Of a stretch of DNA of 64,000 nucleotides, positions 13,481 through 28,791 are shown one piece after another (the first letter of the stretch is position 1; each line of letters begins with the position of its first letter). Source of the stretch: the human T2T-CHM13v2.0 reference genome, Homo sapiens; NCBI RefSeq assembly GCF_009914755.1, contig NC_060926.1. One strand, given 5' to 3'. The notes beneath the pieces were generated by a model that was not told the DNA's origin, did no database searches, and was given only the letters and a program-made list of their open reading frames with translations. The translations under genes and the position numbers were made by a program.

Positions 13481-15184
13481 TGCTCTAAGTTCACACATAA
13501 GTGTCATAAAGATCTTTGTGGGGTCACAAGGATGAAGGTCATCAACTTCATGCATAATGATTGAAATGGGAAGGGTCTAGCAGATCCAAACTACTTGATT
13601 ATTTGATATTTCACAAAATACTGACTAATCTGCGTCATAATAACTATTGCTTACTGTCAAATGAGATTATTATCTCTTCTTAAAAGCCCATGTGTTTGAA
13701 CTCTGTGGAAAGTAACACCACGAGAAAAAAAATCAGGGAGAGTTTGAAGAACTGTTTGTCACTGTTTACATTTCCCTCAACCCAGGAAGATGAGAGAAAT
13801 TCTTGGAGCTTTCTAAATGCTTTGCTCGAATAAAGTGAAACCCACATCCACAACATCAAACATGCCAACAAGACATCACTCCCTTGAAATTCAAAGAGAA
13901 AAATACTCTCAACAAGAACTGTGGAAGCTTAGGGTAGTATAAATGTTTTAAATGATTTTCTTAAAAAAAAAAACCTTATTCTGAAAACTAGTATCCTTAA
14001 CAAAGGAAGATCAACTCTACATAAGAATTTTAAAAACACTCAGGTGGAAGTAGAACAAAAGCAAGAAGATATATTTAGACACAAATGCTGTAACTGTTTT
14101 CCATTGACAATCATTCCAGAAAATTTCTCCAATTAGGCAAATAAAGGGGTTTTAAAGGCATTCTCAGATGTGCTTATTAGTGTGGATTATTGTTTCTTTT
14201 TTGTTTGCAAACAGTATAAGACAAAATGGAGTTTCATCAGTCAAGGAGTTATTCAAGATAAAAATTAACAAATTACTTTTTCGGGTGAAAACTTTTACTC
14301 ACTTTTTAAAATCTAATTTCCACTCTACCTAAAGATAAGTTATGAAATCAGCACTGTAGAAAGGGAGAAAGAGAGCACACATGTGGCACCTTTGCTTTTA
14401 TTGTCTTCGAGCCAAATCCTTGACATTCATTATTAATATATTATGGTCATAATAGATATTACAATCAAAAATCATTTGCCCGATTGTTCCCTTTTTGACC
14501 CATAGGTCACAGAGTATCCTATTTATAATTCTGCTTTAGAAAGAAGTTTAAGAAAGGGACAAAATAGCCTCACCGCTTCATTGATTAACAAGTTGAGTTG
14601 AGTCTCTAAGCCCCTGACCTCACTCTAGATTTGGTGCAGCAGAGAGAGAGAGCTGGACACTCAGGAGAGGTCTGGGTAGAGTATTAGCCAAGGACAAAGC
14701 ACTACACTGGCTCTCGTGTAGCTTAGATACCAAGTGAAAAAAATGATATGAGAATGTAATGAAAGCCTAATAAAATCCATTTCAAACCACTGCAGGGTAG
14801 GGTCAAGAGTCCTAGGGAGAGTCCAGACAGGGACACGTGTGACTGCTGAAATTAACATCTCACCTGGCAAGCCCCACTGCTTCACTTTGATTGGCACCCA
14901 GCTCAAGAGCTCATCACAGTGGTTCGAGGCATTCAACCTGCTGGGCTCCTTTTCTCACCAACTCAGCTGCTCCCCTTGTCCAACCCTCAGGGATTCTTTC
15001 TCTGGCCCAGTGAAAGATGACCAAGCAGACACAGCAAAATATGTTTTTAGAGGAAGAGGAAGAAGAAAAGGAGAAGGAGACCATGGAAGCACTTGTGAAA
15101 ACATGTTTGGGAGAAAAACAAGCCTGGACTTCTAGACTGATACTATTTTGCTTCTAAATAAACCATTGGAAAACACTACATAAT

Positions 15185-15400
15185 AGTAGCTAACTTTTAT
15201 TGAGTGTTTACTACATGCCAAGCTCTTTCTAAATACTTTTCATATGTTAGCACAAGCTTCACATCAGCCCCTGTAGTTTGTACAGTCATTGCCCCACTTG
15301 TTGGATGGGGAAAGTAGGACACACACCCTTGGTTACACTAGTAAATGGCAGACCTGGAAGAGGAATCCAGGAAGCCTGACTTCAGAGCCCAGGCATGCTC
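15185..15400 (-). mobile_element. MIR
   Basis: AGCTAACTTTTATTGAGTGTTTACTACATGCCAAG...AGCCTGACTTCAGAGCCC. Confidence 0.6.
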
Positions 15401-15989
15401 CTAATTGTCTTCATCTCCCCTTGTCTATCCAATGCCTATGCTGGATGGCCATTGCTATGGCATGTTTTATAGAGAGAAAATGAGAAGCACAAAAGCTGTA
15501 TGACCATCCACAACCCTGATGCTATGAAAACCCAAGTATCTAATGCCTCCATTGTTTTTCTGCACCACTGGGCATATTTAACCAAATAATTTGATGAAAA
15601 TAGTCCTGGAACCAAATCCAGTGTAGCAGTACAATAATAGCACGAACAATAGAAAGCAAAACACAGATGAAGAATTGTGCTCTTTTTATCAGTTGGATTG
15701 TTCTCTAATCATTTCATATATATGAATGTCTGAAATTGCAACTATAAATCCCTCAAGGATAGGAATATATATTTCTTTTTAAATATCATAGAACACTGAC
15801 ATGTAGTATGATTGATAATTACTGGTTAAATGAATCCATTAATCAATCAACCACATTTGTTGAATGTCTACCATGTACTATAATATACAGCAGGAAATGA
15901 AAGATCGTAACAGAACTAGATTAATTCTGACTTCCTTTTGATGGCAAACAGGATAACATAAATACCTTCAAAATCAAAAATAAAAGTAT

Positions 15990-16430
15990 TCTCCCTTTTT
16001 TTCTTATCAAGAGAACTCAAATCCATTTGGGGTGGCAAGGTACTCGGTTTAAAAACCCTGCCCTGACCTGGATTATTCCCTGATGGTTAGAGGAGGCCAT
16101 GGAATTAGTGCTGGCTGATTAAATGTAAGCAAAAAATCACAGGGTGGAGCTGCCAGGAAAGCTTTTGAAAAAGGCACCAGCTCTGCAGGTCTCTGCCTCT
16201 CTACTTCTTCTTGCCTGGCATAAACACATGGCTGAGTTTCCAGCCAGGATGACTGTGGAGAAGCAGGAAGGAGCCCAGGTCCTAAGTGACCTTCATAGAT
16301 ACCAGCACCTGCCCTGGACTGCCCTGCTCTGGGTTCATGTCACATGAGGAAAATATCCACCTTCCTCGTATAAGCCTAGGAAGCCAGGTTTCTCTTCCAT
16401 GCAGCTGAACCTAACCGCAATTGCTGATGA
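15990..16430 (+). mobile_element. MLT1J/K-like MaLR LTR remnant
   Basis: GAAGGAGCCCAGGTCCT...CCTGGACTGCC...ATGCAGCTGAACCTAA motifs. Confidence 0.5.
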
Positions 16431-18098
16431 CTGCTTATCTGGTCTGTCCTCCCTCGCCCCTTACTGGTTTTGAGAAGCCAGTAAAATTCTTCTAATTCTG
16501 TATATACAGCCACAGGCAGAGATATTTTTAAAGGGGAAAGAAACTCAAGGAGATACAATAATTACTAATTACACATTATATAACTCTTACAGGTTTGATT
16601 ATTTTTGGAAATTATTTGGAAGAAAAACAGTAGATATTTTATAACATTTTTTTCTTCAAGGTCCCCATCTGTTTATTTTTTACACCTTTTTGATGAAATC
16701 ACTGTTCATATTATTTGCCTCTTAAAAGTTTCTCGCATATGAAGTTTTTGAATGATCTCCCACTAGACTTTCTAGTTGATTTTAATTACTATTTCTTGTT
16801 CCAAAACTAAACTGTATCATGACATCTGGGATCTTCTAGATAATATTAGATTTGAAACATTATGTAGTTTATTCTTAGAGTTGAAATCAAGTCTTCATAT
16901 AACTTCTAAGGCACTTATTGAAATGACTGCTCAAAAAAAAATTGCTAAAGGAATCAACTTGTTCTCTCAGATGTTTAAATAGTATCCTAGTCATCACTTA
17001 AACAACGTTGCATAGTTAGCCTTGTACTCATATAGCATAAGCAAACGTATTTAGGTCAACCTCAATATTTTTTGGAACTGTACATATTTTTTCACTTCAC
17101 AGAACTACCTCACAAACTTGATATGTTGATATGCCATCTGCTAGCTTTACAGTCTCAGTTATTCATATATCTCACGTCAAAACACCACCTCACTTTGCTT
17201 AATTGCCTCATAATTGAGAGAAAAGTTTGTTTCAGTTGGGAGTTATTGGAATGACTGTTTTATTTACTCCCAAACATTAATACTCTTCACCTTTCAGTGT
17301 GAGGATCTAACTTTTAACTTGGTTAAAAGTTACTTTAGAAAATATTCAAAAATAAACATACTAAATGAAGAATCAAACTCAGAAAAACTTGCCTGGCACT
17401 TACTCAAGTTATGCAAACTCATAAATAACTAGGAGATGAAGTTTGGTACTGATGAATTGCTGCATAGCATGGGAAATTTATTTTCTAGGGCAGTCTCTGG
17501 CTTTTAGAAGCTTAAATTACATACATCTCTTAAATACAAATGACTGCACCAGCCAGTGGGTTCCTAAAACTCCCCTTTCCTCTCCACTGTCACTACCTAG
17601 AATTTCTTTCTCCTGTCTCTCCTCTTTCCTCCTCTTCCCCAACTATAACCCTTGTGCTATGGAGGCCCCAATCTGCAGGGGTAGTAGAGATGGAAACAAA
17701 TGTGAGAGAAGAATAAAGAGTCAACCTTCATCGCTCATTTCTTCTGTCCCTCTGTGCTTTGTAACTTCTCGAATCACCTATTGAGGGCAGGGGGAGGGGC
17801 CCTCCTTATGACTTCATACAACCTGCTTCATGATCTGGCTTCTAGGCATTTTTTCTTGTGTCATTGCCTAAAAAGTTGACCAATTCCTAGGAGGAACCCT
17901 ACTCAGTTCAGTGTGGGCATCAGCCCAGTGTGGGTCTAGCTCCTGCCTGACCTCCTGGGATGAACATTCTTCCCACGTGCGGTTTCCTCATTTCACATCT
18001 TCCTGACTACACACTGAGCAACTTGAGATCAGAAAATGTCATTCATTTTTTGTAACTTCAAGGACCAGGAGGCTTGCTCAGTGTCTGGTGCTAAACTG

Positions 18099-18129
<31 letters not shown>

Positions 18130-19189
18130 CACGCAGTGCTTAAAAAATATCTGCTGTAGCATTACTAAATGACCCTGGCACCTCTCCAAGTGCCTCATCC
18201 CAGAGACCCTACTCTTGCCCTCACCCTGCACGCTCCCCACCAAAAGTTACTCTTACATTGTAAAGAAGAAAGATGAAGTTAATTGAGTTGATATGGTTAT
18301 AGATAACAGCCAACATTTAGTCAGCCTTTATGCTGTCTACATACTATTGTAAATATGCTACATCTATTGTGACCTTTAATTATTGAATCAACCCTCTGAG
18401 GTCTTGATGCTCTTCCTGAGTTAGAACTCCAGAACATATGTTCTCTACTCCGTTAATAGCCACTGACAGAATATAGCCAGGCATTAAAAAACAAGCATGA
18501 CAACTAGGTAGGAGCATAGAGAATAAGAAGATAAAAAGCATATGTGCCTATAATCTATAGCTATTGAAATATATCATTGTAACAAGAGCTGAAAAGGAAT
18601 GCCCAATGATAAGCAGTCTTTTTAAATATGTTATTATTGTTTTAAAAAAAACTTATAATATAATTCAAAGGTACTTTTAATGAGCTGGACCTATGTTTCA
18701 ATGAATATCAGAACCAACGGTTAATGGAGGCTCTTAGAGAATGCTTGAAATTCTTAACTCTCCTTTTGCTTTTTATTTTTAGTCTTTGCCTTCTTTGCCA
18801 AATCCCCAAGCTGAGTGCTCACTTCAGACGCTGAGAAGAATGGAAGTGGGGGAGGAGAGCTAACACTTGTTGAGATTGGTAGGGAGGGACAACTAATGTT
18901 GCTTCCATCTTGTGTAAAATGTATATAAACACATCTTCAAATCTTTCTTTCCAACCAAACCCTCAGCCCCACCTAGAAGGAAATTACGGAGTCACCAGTA
19001 ACTGAGTGTCTACTGTGTGGCAGGCTCCAGGAGGCTCCGTGGCACAGTGGCTTTTTCAACAGTGGAACAGAAGAGGTAAGTCAGGTTAGAAACCACGTAG
19101 CAGTAAATGAGGAAGTAAAAGAAGTCTTAGCAGAAAATCAGTGAGGGATGACTCCAAAGCAGATTGAGAATCAAGAGTTATTTCAACTT

Positions 19190-19491
19190 GGCCAGGTGGG
19201 GTGGTTCACACCTATAATCCCAGCACTTTTGGAGGCTGAGGCAGGCAGATCACTTGAGGTCAGGAGTTCAAGACCAGCCTGGGAAACATAGTGAAACCCC
19301 ATCTCTACAAAAAATACAAAAATTATCTGGGCATGGTGGCATGCGCCTGTAATCCTAGCTACTCAGGAGGCTGAGTCACAGGAATGCTTGAACCCTGGAG
19401 ACGAACGTTGCAGTGAGCTGAGATCACCTGGGTGACAGAGCAAGACTCTGTCTCAAAAAAAAAATAAAAATAAATAAAATAAAAAATAAAA
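19190..19491 (+). mobile_element. Alu with a small right-arm deletion
   Basis: TSD AGTTATT(T/C)CAACT on both sides. Confidence 0.92.
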
Positions 19492-20313
19492 GTTATTCCA
19501 ACTCAGGGATTTGTGCTGGCAGATTTGGCCCCTCCCGTATCTCTGTATCTCCTGATCCCGAATTCCACTACCATTCACCTACCCCAGACCTATCCTATTG
19601 GAGAGGGTTTCTACCCCAGCCAACCTCGATTGGTTCAGGAATATGAGAATCTCCTATCCCAATACGTGGCTGGAAAGGAAGGTAGAGGAAGGATAAGGCC
19701 AGGTCTGCCAGAGAGAGGAACTTCCTGGCTCTCTAAGTCAGAACAAATTTCCCAGTCAACTACCTCTCAACCCTGCTGATCTCTTACCATTGGTTAGGCA
19801 GGTTGTAAAGTTAATGGGTTTCTGTGAGCTGGATAGATGGGCCTAGTCTAGGCACTTAGGCAATGTGCTTAACTGCTGCTGTGGGAAAATCCATGGTAAG
19901 CACCCTGCAATCAATCACCAATGAACAATTGAAACCCAGTTCCTCATAACCAGGCACTGTCCATATAGCCAACATGAGCAAAGGGTTGGGGGTCATTGTC
20001 CAAAGGCTTTATGCAGAGAGTTTTAATTTTTTTTGTCAGTGTCATTTTTATTGGACTTTTTTTCTTGCCTTATTCTTTTGCCCAGCTTAAGCAGCACTTT
20101 AGGTTTTTCTAATTCAAATTTTTAAAGTAGATAAATAAAACATTACAAATATAGTTAAGGCCTTCCAAGACCCCTCCCTGATTTCATTATCTCATTCTTC
20201 ATGGGTAACCATTGTCCTTAATGTGGTGTTTCTCATTCCATGCATGACTATATACTTTCACTACATATGTATGTGCTCATTAACAACATGTATTTTTGCT
20301 TTGCATGTTTTCA

Positions 20314-20649
<336 letters not shown>

Positions 20650-21010
20650 TTAAGAAAAATGTTTTAAACAGAAAACAATACAAGAGGTGGCTGGAAACTC
20701 TTTTTTTTCTACAGACTTGCAGGTATATATGTATTTGTGGATGCGCATAATGTGGCCTATTAGGTCTTTGTAACTGATTGCGACTTCAGTACGTTTGCCT
20801 GTCAACAAACAGGAAAAATAATGAACTTTGAAGAGCTCGGCTTATCTTTCCTTTTCTACTCTCTTCCTACATTTTAACTTTAAAATTAAATTGTTAAGTT
20901 ATAGGTATTTATCTAATAACTGAGAGGTACTCTCGAAAGAACACATTTTACAAAATATGAATTAATCAGGATAAGAGAGGCTATGCTACATTAAAACATG
21001 GGCCAGTGAG

Positions 21011-21340
<330 letters not shown>

Positions 21341-21699
21341 TCACACAGAGTGCTATGGCAATTGGGCACTCCCTAGCATCTGTCCTCTCTTTGGGAACTC
21401 AATAAACCAGGAGGCATCCATCCAATGGTTTCACTGTCTCAGCACATGGCTTTCCAAATCATAGCTGCAGAGAAAGACAGGAGCTGAAGGATTGCACACA
21501 GGCTTGTAAATGGTTTGGTTCAGATATGGCACGTGTCACTCCTCTTGTAGCTCAATCACCAGCATCGAACTCAACCAAGAATGACTGGAAAGGTATGGAT
21601 GCACACACATCTCTGGTGGGTAAAGAATGTCTCTGACACAGAGCATTATATACATGCTTCCTTACTGCTACTACCACTAATGCTAATACTGTATGTTTA

Positions 21700-22200
21700 T
21701 CACAACCAAAGTTTGTTTGCTTTTTTCATCTTTTTCAAGAAACAAACTTTTGGTTTTATTAACCAATTCTATGAAGGTTGTTTTGCTTCATTAATTTTGC
21801 TTTTATCTTTAATCTGCTGTAAATTCATTTACTCTTTGGGATTTATTTTTGTTGTTCCTTTTCTATCTTGAGTTGAGTACTTTATTTTGAATCTTTCTCA
21901 TTTTCTAATAAAAAATCAAGCCTACAAATTTCCTTCTGGATACCTCTTTGGCTGCTTTCCGCAGTTTTGATATATACTACTTTCATTGTGGTTTCATTCT
22001 GAACATTTCACAATTTTATTTTGACTGTCTCTTTATCCAGAGAATTACATAGGGATGTGCTTTGTTAGTCTCCAAATGTACAGATATGGAGCCACTCTCT
22101 TTTGTTGTTAATTTATTATTGTATTACATCATAATCAAACAACATATCACCTATATGAAATCAAACATTTTTTAACTTGTTGAGTTTTTTTTCTGGCAGA
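21700..22200 (-). mobile_element. Old L1M fragment
   Basis: T-rich sequence resembling antisense L1 ORF2 (TTTTCAAGAAACAAACTTTTGGTTTTATT...CTACAAATTTCCTTCTG). Confidence 0.55.
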
Positions 22201-22956
22201 CTACTGCTATAGATCTTTTTGTAAAAGCTCCTTATATAATTCTTTACCTTGCTTTAGAGAGTGAGAAAATTTTAGAAAAAAACAAGCCACAAAAGAAATC
22301 TCAGCAAGTTAAAAAATGTTTGATTTCATATGGGTGATACCATGTTGTTTGATTATGATATGATACAATAATAAATTAACAACAAAAGAGAGTGGCTCCA
22401 TATTTATTCAGATACCACTTTGGCTGCTTTCCACAGTTTTAATATATACTACTTTCATTGTGATTTCTTTCTGAACATTTCACAATTTTACTATGACAGA
22501 TCCAGGTATTGTATTTTTATCTGCCACATAATGCCCACCACAGCAATGACGCTCACAGACACCACTGGTTGAAAACCTCAGCTCTATTTTGTAGATTTGG
22601 AGTTTAAGGAATTGGGTGATTGGGAGAAGACTGCAGGAAAAGCTGACTGGGTGGTAGTGGACATGAAGAATTTTCTTGGTTTATATTAAGTAACCATATC
22701 TTGTTCATCATTATATCTTGCTTATCTTTGTATGCACAATGCCTGGCACAGAGAAGGCAATCAATAAATGTAGATGACTAGATGAATTAGTATTTACCTA
22801 GGCAACTATGAGCATCACATGATAGCTAATGGCATGTAACAGAAATAAAATCCTATTTCATCTTCTGAAATATCAACAGCTTGTGAGAAGGTGTCACAAC
22901 ATTTACGTTACTTTTGTATCTTCCCCCATGCACAATGTTAAGCACAAAGTAAATAC

Positions 22957-23579
<623 letters not shown>

Positions 23580-23600
23580 TAAATGCAATTTATAAGCATG

Positions 23601-24072
23601 TGTATTAGTTTCCTATTGCTGGTATAACAAATTACTACAAACTTAGTGGCTTAAAACAACACAGATGTGTTGTCTTACAGTTCTAGAGGTTAGTTCTAAA
23701 TAGGTCTCACTGAGCTAAATCCACGGTGTCAGCAGAGCTGTGTTCTTTCCTAGAGCTTCTAGGGGAGAATCTGTTTTCCTGCCTTTTCCAGCATCTAGCA
23801 GCTGCCACATTCCTTGGCTTGGGACCTTGTTCCATCTTCAAATTCATCAGTAGCAGTTCTTTCTCACAATGCTATTTCTCTGTTTCTAACTCTTTTGCCT
23901 CTACTTTATCCACTTAAGGACTCAGGATAATCTTCTTATTTTAAGGCCAGCTGATAAACAATTTTAAGTATATCTGCAACCTTAATTCCCCTTGCCATGT
24001 AACATAACATTTACAGGCTCTGGTTGTGAGGACATGGACACCTTTTGGGGGTCATTATTGTGTCTATCATAG
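23601..24072 (-). mobile_element. MLT1C/D-like MaLR LTR
   Basis: TGTATTAGTTTCCTATTGCTG...AACTTAGTGGCTTAAAACAAC...CTAGGGGAGAATCTG. Confidence 0.85.
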
Positions 24073-24761
24073 CATGTAAAACAAAGAAAAAGGACAAATA
24101 GAAGAAGAAAAGACAGTGAATGGATACAATGGAGTGACAGAGTTAATAACAGTAATAACACTAGAGATATAAGGATTGGTGCATGGACTACAAGATTCTC
24201 GAACAAGGCCAAAAAAAGGATCTGTCCCACACTATTAGCTAAATTCAAGCACTTGCACACACGTGAGTGCACAAACACACACACACAAAGTAATATTCTG
24301 GTTAGCTGATGTCACTGCTGGGATATTACTGTTTACTAATAATAAAACAAACTACACAAGGCATGAATGGCACGTGTGTTATTTATAGTTTTTGTAGAAG
24401 AAGTTCTCAAATTCCTTTCTTCCTGAAAAAGGATTATTTTCTTACCCTTTGCATTCTAGCTCACCTCTAACATGTCCAGAAATTTCTAGGAAGGCAGAGG
24501 AAAGACTCTACATTTGCCTCCCCAATTGAAGCCATCACCACGCAAGGGCTGAAGGTGATTGTCAAAGTGCCCTCCTGAGACTGGACACCGCTGGCCTAAA
24601 TTAGAGGAGGAGGCTGGTAGACACCGCCCCCTCGTGCAGAGGGGCAGAGAAGCCATTCCCCATGGCTCCCCACCTGTCTTGCTGGAGGAAATTTCTTGGC
24701 TAAAAGTCCATGGAAAATGGTTGTTTGGAAAGTGAAGTTCCCTAGAGCTTTGAGAATCAAC

Positions 24762-24867
24762 TTTTTTTTTTTTTTTTTTTTGAGATGGAGTTTCACTCTT
24801 GTTGCCCAGGCTGGAGTGCAATGGAGCAATCTCGGCTCAGTGCAACCTCCGCCTCCTGGGTTCAAGC
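24762..24867 (-). mobile_element. 5'-truncated Alu (~90 bp plus tail)
   Basis: Perfect TSD GAGAATCAACTTTTTT at 24752-24767 and 24868-24883. Confidence 0.93.
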
Positions 24868-25561
24868 GAGAATCAACTTTTTTCATCATTTTAAACCTAC
24901 TTATTGGGAAATCTCTCTAAAATATATTACAGAAAAAGAATAATCATACCAAGTCAATACTGCATGAAAAGATATAATAGCATGGAATAAATTATTCATT
25001 TCCTTGCCTCTTAGAGAGTACTCTGAGTGCAATTTTAACCATTCTTTCTGGCTGTGAACCTCAGAGTTTTTTACAGTTCTGTAGAGCAGATAGAATGCCA
25101 ATCTTCTTTGCATATTTATGTCATTTTTAAAAGGTTTTTGTTGCTGTTGTTTTATTTTGTTTTGTTTTTCCCTCCTCTGTGGTTGTCAGTGGTCACTTTT
25201 TAAATTTTGGTTTTGTCAGTGTGACTTCCTTTAACAACTTCCTTCCTCTTCTCCTTTGCTATGGAAAATAGTAACTAGGATACCAATCTAGTTAAACTTG
25301 TAAGTAAAATGAGGTAAAGTGAGATCCTAATAAAGATACAAGATACTTACAAGTGAAGTGTATGAGATTTAAGACAAAACCAGAGTGACGCTGCAGGCAG
25401 GACTGCCCATTCCATCTGGAATGCATGACTGTCTGTCATCTATTTGGCTACTTAGAAACTATTTTTACCTCTTCTCTATTTTTGTTCTGAATAGGTTAGT
25501 GTGAAATAATTGTTTTAGCAAGATGAAATATTGCTATATTTTTTAATGTGCCAAAGTCTTC

Positions 25562-25865
25562 TTTTTTTTTTTTTTTTTTTTTTGAGATGGTGGTCTCACT
25601 CTGTTGCCCAGGCTGGAGTCCAGTGGCACAATTTCGGCTGACTGCAGCCTCGACTTCTCAGGCTCAAGCAGCCTTCCAGTTCAGCCTCCCAAGTAGCTGA
25701 GACCACAGGTGCACACCACCATGCCCAGCTAAGTTTTAAATAATTTCTAGAGACAAGAGCTTGCTATGTTGCCTAGGCTGGTCTTGAACTCCTGGACTCA
25801 AGTGATCCTTCCACCTCGGCCTCCCAAAATGCTGGGATTATAGGAATTAGCCACCTCACCCAGCC
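25562..25865 (-). mobile_element. AluJ-like
   Basis: Direct repeat GCCAAAGTCTT on both sides. Confidence 0.92.
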
Positions 25866-26099
25866 AAAGTCTTGAAATGGGATAAAACAGGAGTCCTCAG
25901 TCCTGGTATTGACCCCCTCACCAAAGTCACGCCCCTTTCGATGTTTATAGCAACTTGATAAAAACCAGGGCTGTGAATTAAATGTCCATTAACAAAAGAA
26001 TAGGTTCACTTTTATAACAAAATACTATGCAGCTATGAACTATGTATACTACATATTTATAAACACTAAGTGGAAATTATGTTCCTTCTTATATTGTTT

Positions 26100-26388
26100 A
26101 GTTAGAGGAGTGAGTATTGACAGAAAAATGCTTCCCTCTTTGATCCCCCAGGTTGACAGTTCTGAGATGCATTGCACAAGGCCCCCCAGGAGGTCCCAGC
26201 AAAATCTAGCACCAGTTACTCACGGCACTGTCCAGCTCAGTAATGAACCTTTCTATTAGCCGCCCCTCTTTCCCTGCTTCCCCCACTCCCCGCCCTGATC
26301 CCTGCCCCTACGCCCTGCAGTCACCTCCCCAAGTCAGTGCATACAAGCTTTTGTCTCAGAATTTGCTTTTGAGAGAAGCCACATTAAG
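26100..26388 (+). mobile_element. LTR16-like ERVL LTR remnant
   Basis: GACAGTTCTGAGATGCATT...CAGGAGGTCCCAGC...TTGTCTCAGAATTTGCTTTTGAGAGAAGCC. Confidence 0.55.
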
Positions 26389-26400
26389 AAAGACATTGCT

Positions 26401-26702
26401 GGCCAGGCCTGGTGGCTCATGCCTGTAATCCCAGCACTTTGGGAGGATCACTTTAACTCAGGAGTTCAAGACCAGCCTGGGCAACATAGCAAGACCTTGT
26501 CTCTACTAAAAAAATGTTTTTAATTACCTGGGCATGGTGGTGTGCACTTATAGTCCCAGCAACTAGGGAGGCCAAGACAGGAAGATCACTTGATCCAGGA
26601 AGCTGAGGCTGCAGTGAGCTGTGATTGCATCACTGCACTCCAGCCTGAACAACAGAGCGAGACCCTGTCTCAGAAAACAAAACAAAAAAAGAAAAAAAGA
26701 AA
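26401..26702 (+). mobile_element. AluJ-like with left-arm deletion
   Basis: TSD AAGAAAGACATTG at 26386-26398 and 26697-26709. Confidence 0.92.
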
Positions 26703-26772
26703 GACATTGTCAAGTGAGGACATGGTGTTTAGAGCTGCCTTATCCATGTGGCAACCAGGGGGCAAGACCTAG

Positions 26773-27223
<451 letters not shown>

Positions 27224-28791
27224 CATGATACACGAGGCCAATTGAAGACCTCCTTGGGAATATTTTATGTAGAAAAGAAGGCAGAGGAACAAGCTCTCCG
27301 TATGGGGAAGCCTGAGGGTGTCAGCTAGGCAGCTCCTGGTGACCACAGTTCTAGCTTGTGGACAGTGCTGATCTGACAGAAGCAGAGAAAAAAAGAGAGA
27401 GAGAGTCCTGTGATTTAAATTCTTCTGGCAGTGAATTCCTCTTTTTGCCTAAGATATTTCACACAGCATTTCTATCACTTGCAAACAAGAGTCCTGCCTA
27501 ATTTAAGTAAGAGCCATTCTTGTTTTGTTTTGTTTTGTTTTAAAAAAAAAAGTGGGGAAAAAAGTGGGTGCATGAGTGTGAATGTGTCTTCATCTAAGCA
27601 TAGAAAAAATCGGAATGGATACACTTAACAGTTGACAGTAGTTATTTCTGGGGAGAGTCAGAATAGAGGGGAGTAAGGAGGACATATGTATCATTTGTAC
27701 TTTGTAAACTTCTCAATGTTTAAACTTGTTATAATGAGCTTGTATCATTTTGCAATTTTAAAAGTCTAAAAACTACAGAAACTCTGAGATAATAAATGTG
27801 TGTTATTTGATGCTGTTAAGTTTGAGGTATACAGCAACGGAAAATACACATAGGGAATCACTGAAAACTTGACAACCACTGCTTGCAAACCACCCAACAA
27901 ACCTCAGATAGACAACCACAGGTCCCAATGCCCACATAAAACCAGTAACAATTTGCTGAGTGAAGGACTGATGCTGGGAAGTTGTATCCAACTGGCCTGT
28001 GACCACGGCCCCACGTGCACAGATAATTTCCCCTAAAATCCAACCCAAGTAAGCCTATGACGTAAATTTAAAAACAAAACCTAAACCAGCAATCTTGCTC
28101 TGCAACTGCAGCTTCAAAACAAGCTTATCCACTTGCCCCTTTCCAACCCAATACATTTCTAGAGAGAAAAATCTAGAGTTGCCACAGGTCAATGAGTCTG
28201 TATAAAAAGCCTAAATGCTAAAGGAAGCAGGAAATATGGGGTACCATTCTACGCACACAAGCTGATGGGATGGAACCAGGACCAGAGAGAATGGGGTTAT
28301 GGGAAATGGATACAGAGGCTGGCTCAGCCATGAGCCACTTGGTAGATAGGTCAAAGCACATAATCATAAGGACATGACAATCTCAGGGTGGAGATGACGT
28401 TGGCAAGTGGAGTGCAAACAGCTAAAAGGAAAGCAGGTGACAGTTCTGAGTGGTGCTAGCAGAACCCGAAATGAAAGGTGGAGTGTGCCAGGAACAGCAA
28501 GAGAGGGGACTGGCAAAATCCTGTGTGGGGCTAGAGAATTGGGAGGCAGCATCCATTTACAGGGAAGACCCAGATTCTGGGCAGGGATACTGAGGCAAAA
28601 ATTCAGGCTTATGAATAGTAAAAGCTACATGGCATACTTACTACATGTCTACATGCCAAGTGCTTTAAACTATATTTCACTGAATTCTGCCAAAAACCCC
28701 ATGAGGAGGGAACTTTTATCATCTCCATTTTTCAGATGAAGAAACTAAGGCAGACAGAATATATGTGTTTTGCTCACAGTCACATAGCTCA

